Both the position numbers and the translations under genes were made by a program. This document shows, piece by piece, positions 59,881 through 64,000 of a stretch of DNA of 64,000 nucleotides. The notes beneath the pieces were generated by a model that worked only from the letters and a program-made list of their open reading frames with translations, did no database searches and was not told the DNA's origin. Position 1 is the first letter of the stretch. Every line of letters starts with the position of its first letter. Origin of the DNA: an uncultured Flavobacteriales bacterium (lineage in GTDB: Bacteria > Bacteroidota > Bacteroidia > AKYH767-A > 2013-40CM-41-45); NCBI GenBank assembly GCA_964544885.1, contig CAZJDX010000005.1:19862-83861 (forward strand), in the 5' to 3' direction.

Positions 59881-62800
59881 TTATTCCCTTATCAACTGAA
59901 TGTAGCCATTATAATCTTTGGACTTGGCATGAAGTACATAGTAATAAACTCCTTCAGAAACCTCTGTGCCTCCGCTGGTTTTTCCATCCCACCTGAATTT
60001 TACATCCGTGGATTCATAAATTAATTTTCCCCATCGGTTATAGATCACAAAGCGGAAGTCTTCAAAATTGCAAAGATCCTCAATGTAGTAGGTGTCATTC
60101 TTAGAATCGTTATTCGGCGTAAATACATTCGGTATATCCAGCAACGTTTCACATGGCTTATAGAGTACCAGGACTGAATCCGTACCGGAACAACCGGTGG
60201 TTCCGTAAAACACCTCTACATAATAATAGGAGTCGCTTCCATTGGTTGTGGCATAGAATGTATTTGACAGAACCGGATCCTGGGTCACAAATCCGGAAGG
60301 CCTCCATTCGTATGTAAGAGGTTGCCCGCTTGGATTCGATGTGAACACGTGCAATGTATCTCTTTCTCCATCGGTCACGTAGATAGAATCTTCCAGTATG
60401 TCAACGGATACGAGTGATGTCACCTTAACTGTATCATAGGTTGGAACGCGGATCATACAAACTTCATTGTTCAAGGTATCGAACAGGTATGCCAGATAAA
60501 ACTGAGGGACAAAATCGCCTGTTGTAGTATAAGTATGTGTAACAGCCGTATCAAGAGTATTGGGTATCACGGTACCATCTCCAAAATCCCATGCATAGAA
60601 GTTTACATTGGTTGATGAACCAAGGAAATTAACGGTGAGAGGACGGCAACCTGAATCCGGCAGGAATGAAAAAGTTCCGGTCGGAGCATTCAGGACAACC
60701 AGATCTGGAGAGAAGGCCGTATCGCTGCATCCAAATCGGTTAGTAATTACAAATTCTACGCTATAGGTACCCGGAAGGTCGAATGTGTAAAAGGCTGAAC
60801 TCAGTGATGGGTCCGTCAGTGAGACTGCCGTAAGATCCCATGAGTAATTGCTGGCATAGGCGTTGGAATCGCTGGTAAAGACAGAAATGATCTGGGCCTT
60901 TTTAATGCCTCCCTGGTCAACACAGGTATCATTCAGTGTATACTGGAAGGAGGCCGGTGTTGTATAAACAAATATATTACTTGTGGTTGAACCGACGCAA
61001 CCATTATCATCTGTAACCACCAGGGTGACAGGATAGGATCCGTTATTGGCATAGGAATGATTCACCGTTCCGGTTGTAGTGGTGGTAGTGTTGCCATCCC
61101 CAAAATCCCACTGATAACTTACCGGTTGGGCAACGAAAGGTCCTGGCGTGGCATTGAATGTCAATTGGGTGTTACGGCAACTCGTATCCGGTTGAGCTAT
61201 AACTGGTACCGGCCTCGTCGGGCGAATATAATTCGTGGAGGTTGCCGTATTGGAACATCCGTTGACGTCTGTGACTGTGAGTGAAACCGTATAATTTCCG
61301 GGAGTGGAATAGGTGAGCGTATCGGTTCCCGGTGGACTTGTTATGGTGCGGGTAGTGCTTCCATAATTCCAGAACCACTGACTGATAGCACCGCCTTCGG
61401 TATAACTGGTATCAGTAAACGTGACTGTAATGGGAGCACATCCTGTGAAAGGAGAAGCGACAAAGCCGGCGGTAGGTCCGAGAATATGGATCTGGGTTGT
61501 CGCGGTATCCGTGCATCCGTAAATATCAGTTACGATAAACTGTACATCAAAAAAGCCTGTGCTGTTATAGATATGTGAATCGTCCAAAAGATTGGAAGTG
61601 TCCTGTACATTGGGTATTCCTTCTCCGAAATACCAAACCTGACTGGCCACATCAATGGAAGTGTTGCCGGTGAAATTGATTATACCCGGGCGGCAGGCAA
61701 TAGTAGTATCTGTTACAAGAGCTGCTACCGGATCCGTTACTCTTACTGTATAGACCGTATCAATGGTACATCCGCTGGCAGTACTCGTTGCGGTGAGTGT
61801 TACCGTGTAGGTCCCTCTGTTTGCATAAACGTGAGTCGGGTCCGTTTGCGTACTGGTTGGTGTGGCGTCTCCAAAATCCCAAACGTAACTCGTTGCACCA
61901 CCGGACAGATTGGTAAAGGCAACCGAATAAGGATTACTGCAATTGGTCAGAAAACTGAAATTGGGAATCGGTCCCCTGATGGTAATCATATCCTGGATTT
62001 CAAAAGTATCGGGACAACCATTATAAAATGCGATCAGTTGAACATCAAATGGATCGGCTGTACCGGAGGTATCGACGTTATACTGGTAGTTCGGGTGCTG
62101 TGTGGTAGCGCCTCCTCCGTCACCAAAAGACCATAGCCAACCGGTAACCGGACTGGGTGTAAGATCTGTGAACTGAACATTGCTGTCAAAACAGGTATCG
62201 AGCGGTTCCGCCGTGAAATTTGCAACAGGTGGCGTTCCAATCTTTATGTAGGCAGGTTTTACCAGGGTGGCAGTGCATCCGCTTTGGGTAGTTACGATAA
62301 GGGTCACATCAAAAATTCCAACGTTGTTGAATGTGTGCGAAATACCCGGATTGTTACCGCTGCTGTGAGGACCGGTACCGTCGCCGAATCTCCAGGTGTA
62401 ATCTACGATGACAGGGTCAGCCGGAGAACTGACCGTTGCATTGAAATTGAATGTGGAGCCAACGCAGCCACTATCAGTTTCAGTGAAATCAATGGTGGGT
62501 GGGGTGATATTGATATGTGATGGAAGAACTGTGGTATCGCTGCAACCAGAATTGTCCGTTGTTATGAGCGAAATCGTATAAATTCCAAATGAGTTATATG
62601 TATGACTGGGATTCTGCATGTTCGAGGTATTCTGTGCACCACTTGAAGGATCACCGAAATCCCATTGCCATCCGCTTATGCCGCTGCCGGTTTCCGTAAA
62701 GGTGGCCGTGAAAGGCACTTCACATGCCGAACGTACCGGTACATTGATGACAGGACTTGCAGGCTGTCTCACCGTAATGTTTCTGATAAAGGTATTAGTA

Positions 62801-63855
62801 CATCCGCCTATGATAACGGTAAGGCTGACAGCGTAATTTCCAGGTGTGGAAAACATATGGGAAGGATCCTGAAGACTGCTGGTATTATTGCTTCCGCTCA
62901 GCGGGTCAGCGAAATTCCAAAGGTAGGTTCCGCTGGTACCGGAATTGGTAAAATCAACCGTATCCCATGGACAGATAACCGTATCGGAAGCGCTGAAGGA
63001 AGCTACAGGTGAAGCTATCGTGATCACAGAAGCCTGACTGGCGCTGCAGCCGGGAACTCCGGCCGTAAGTGTCACGGTATAGGAGCCTGTCGCAGTATAG
63101 GTATGTGATGGATTGCTGAGGGTGGATGTGTTGGCAGCGCCGCTTGCCGTATCACCAAAATTCCAGCTGTATGTATTTGTGTTCTGGGAATTGTTGATGA
63201 AGTTAATGACAGCAGGAGTGGTACAGGAACCGTTAGGATTTGCGGTGAATGATGCAACAGGAAGCGGGAAAACGTACACTGTATCTGAAATGGCGCTGTT
63301 ACAGTTGTTTGCGTCGTTGATGGTCAGGTTGGGATAGAATGCCTGCGGTGTGCTGCCTGAAAAGATGAACTGATGAGTTACACTTTGAACACCTGTAACC
63401 GGTGGAGATCCATCATTAAAAGACCAGTTGTATTGGTTGATAGTCGCGTCACCAGGGACCGATGTGCTGGTGAAAGTAATGGATGTGTTTGAACATACCG
63501 TGTCTTCACTGATGGTAAAGGAAGCAACCGGATTGCGAAATACGGTAATGTAAGCGGTTTTGGTTTCTGTATCAGACTGGGCGCCATTGCTGATCGTCAG
63601 AGAAACCGTATAGACGCCAGGAACCGAATAACTGTGGGAGGGATCCTCGAGTGTTGAAGTTCCACCATCTCCAAAATCCCATGCAAAGGAGGTCGGGTTT
63701 CCGGTTGAGCTATTCGTGAAGTTAACCAGTGCTGGTGAGCAGGCGGAAGTGATGTCTGAGGTAAATTCAGCCTGGAACTGAGCAGATGAATGTGTGCCTG
63801 CCAAACAAAGAAGGGCTGTAATCAGACTTAATCTTAGAACTAAATGCTTCATCAT
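59881..63855 (-). CDS. Giant PKD-repeat protein with T9SS type B (gliding motility-associated) C-terminal sorting domain
   Basis: 1,324 aa, signal peptide. >=12 tandem PKD-like units (recurring CxPxxVNFTNxS...YxWDFGDG...HTYxxxGxYTVTLTVTDxNGCSDT). C-terminal FTPNNDSKNDTYYIEDLCNFEDFRFVIYNRWGKLIYESTD...GVYYYVLHAKSKDYNGYIQLIRE matching the type B CTD consensus. Confidence 0.8.
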   Translation of the reverse strand: MMKHLVLRLSLITALLCLAGTHSSAQFQAEFTSDITSACSPALVNFTNSSTGNPTSFAWDFGDGGTSTLEDPSHSYSVPGVYTVSLTISNGAQSDTETKTAYITVFRNPVASFTISEDTVCSNTSITFTSTSVPGDATINQYNWSFNDGSPPVTGVQSVTHQFIFSGSTPQAFYPNLTINDANNCNSAISDTVYVFPLPVASFTANPNGSCTTPAVINFINNSQNTNTYSWNFGDTASGAANTSTLSNPSHTYTATGSYTVTLTAGVPGCSASQASVITIASPVASFSASDTVICPWDTVDFTNSGTSGTYLWNFADPLSGSNNTSSLQDPSHMFSTPGNYAVSLTVIIGGCTNTFIRNITVRQPASPVINVPVRSACEVPFTATFTETGSGISGWQWDFGDPSSGAQNTSNMQNPSHTYNSFGIYTISLITTDNSGCSDTTVLPSHINITPPTIDFTETDSGCVGSTFNFNATVSSPADPVIVDYTWRFGDGTGPHSSGNNPGISHTFNNVGIFDVTLIVTTQSGCTATLVKPAYIKIGTPPVANFTAEPLDTCFDSNVQFTDLTPSPVTGWLWSFGDGGGATTQHPNYQYNVDTSGTADPFDVQLIAFYNGCPDTFEIQDMITIRGPIPNFSFLTNCSNPYSVAFTNLSGGATSYVWDFGDATPTSTQTDPTHVYANRGTYTVTLTATSTASGCTIDTVYTVRVTDPVAALVTDTTIACRPGIINFTGNTSIDVASQVWYFGEGIPNVQDTSNLLDDSHIYNSTGFFDVQFIVTDIYGCTDTATTQIHILGPTAGFVASPFTGCAPITVTFTDTSYTEGGAISQWFWNYGSTTRTITSPPGTDTLTYSTPGNYTVSLTVTDVNGCSNTATSTNYIRPTRPVPVIAQPDTSCRNTQLTFNATPGPFVAQPVSYQWDFGDGNTTTTTTGTVNHSYANNGSYPVTLVVTDDNGCVGSTTSNIFVYTTPASFQYTLNDTCVDQGGIKKAQIISVFTSDSNAYASNYSWDLTAVSLTDPSLSSAFYTFDLPGTYSVEFVITNRFGCSDTAFSPDLVVLNAPTGTFSFLPDSGCRPLTVNFLGSSTNVNFYAWDFGDGTVIPNTLDTAVTHTYTTTGDFVPQFYLAYLFDTLNNEVCMIRVPTYDTVKVTSLVSVDILEDSIYVTDGERDTLHVFTSNPSGQPLTYEWRPSGFVTQDPVLSNTFYATTNGSDSYYYVEVFYGTTGCSGTDSVLVLYKPCETLLDIPNVFTPNNDSKNDTYYIEDLCNFEDFRFVIYNRWGKLIYESTDVKFRWDGKTSGGTEVSEGVYYYVLHAKSKDYNGYIQLIRE

Positions 63856-64000
63856 GAAGGTTTGGAGTGATTTTTTTTGATTTCAAAAGAATTCAAATGT
63901 AAAAGAAAATTCAATAATAAAGGCTGTTTTTAACCTTAAAGCGGAATTAAAAAAATCTTAAAGGAAATCATCACTCAGAAGGAGGCTGAATCTGAAAATA

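Noticed and set aside
1-64000. CRISPR arrays, IS elements, rRNA genes, toxin-antitoxin or known defence systems.
   Set aside because: No arrays of short regular direct repeats, no transposase/integrase-like ORFs, no rRNA-like conserved stretches, and no ORF pairs with recognisable TA/defence signatures were seen.

Overview
The window reads as a chromosomal region of a Bacteroidota genome (Chitinophagia/Cytophagia-like). The cues are that two gliding-motility genes (gldF, gldG) sit beside a DUF4340 gene, that four secreted proteins end in type IX secretion (T9SS) C-terminal sorting domains (three type A, one type B), that a tRNA promoter matches the Bacteroidetes TTG/TAnnTTTG pattern, and that Shine-Dalgarno sites are largely absent. 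Most genes are housekeeping (mnmE, sucD, fabG, ade, dnaN, phoH, purC, glmM, a split transketolase, hslR, priA, clpS, cysteine desulfurase). Three tRNAs are present: tRNA-Leu(GAG) and tRNA-Leu(CAG) in tandem, and tRNA-Arg(ACG). Several less ordinary loci stand out. (1) 237-6854 is a block of redox genes on one strand. It encodes an SDR, a U32-family Fe-S hydroxylase homologue, a single-cluster ferredoxin, a xanthine-dehydrogenase-family molybdoenzyme whose 2Fe-2S domain is fused to the Mo-binding subunit, its separate FAD subunit, and a hemerythrin. (2) 6902-13025 looks like an envelope metal-handling (probably copper/heme) cluster, and is my best candidate for an uncharacterised system. It starts with a truncated imelysin-like remnant next to an intact DUF1111-type di-haem cytochrome c peroxidase lipoprotein. 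It then carries a secreted protein with a heavy-metal-associated (HMA) fold and CxxC, a Met/His-rich outer-membrane protein with a CCCCC run that resembles CopB/PcoB, and a small lipoprotein with a Planctomycete-type cytochrome c (PSCyt1) domain in which the canonical CxxCH is replaced by C-x4-CH. (3) 29055-33871 encodes two adjacent paralogous SprB-repeat T9SS adhesin-like proteins that share an unassigned Cys-rich N-terminal module. (4) 38613-44663 is a 2,000-residue PorE-like protein (TPR, PD40 beta-propeller, carboxypeptidase-regulatory-like domain) in which the usual OmpA_C domain is replaced by three SPOR domains, preceded by an acidic disordered linker of about 1,000 residues. (5) A secreted von Willebrand factor A (VWA) domain gene is inserted between the two halves of the split transketolase. 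(6) 59881-63855 is a 1,324-residue PKD-domain array ending in a T9SS type B sorting domain. I found no CRISPR array, integrase, transposase or rRNA. All calls rest on my reading of the translated sequence; no database search was run.
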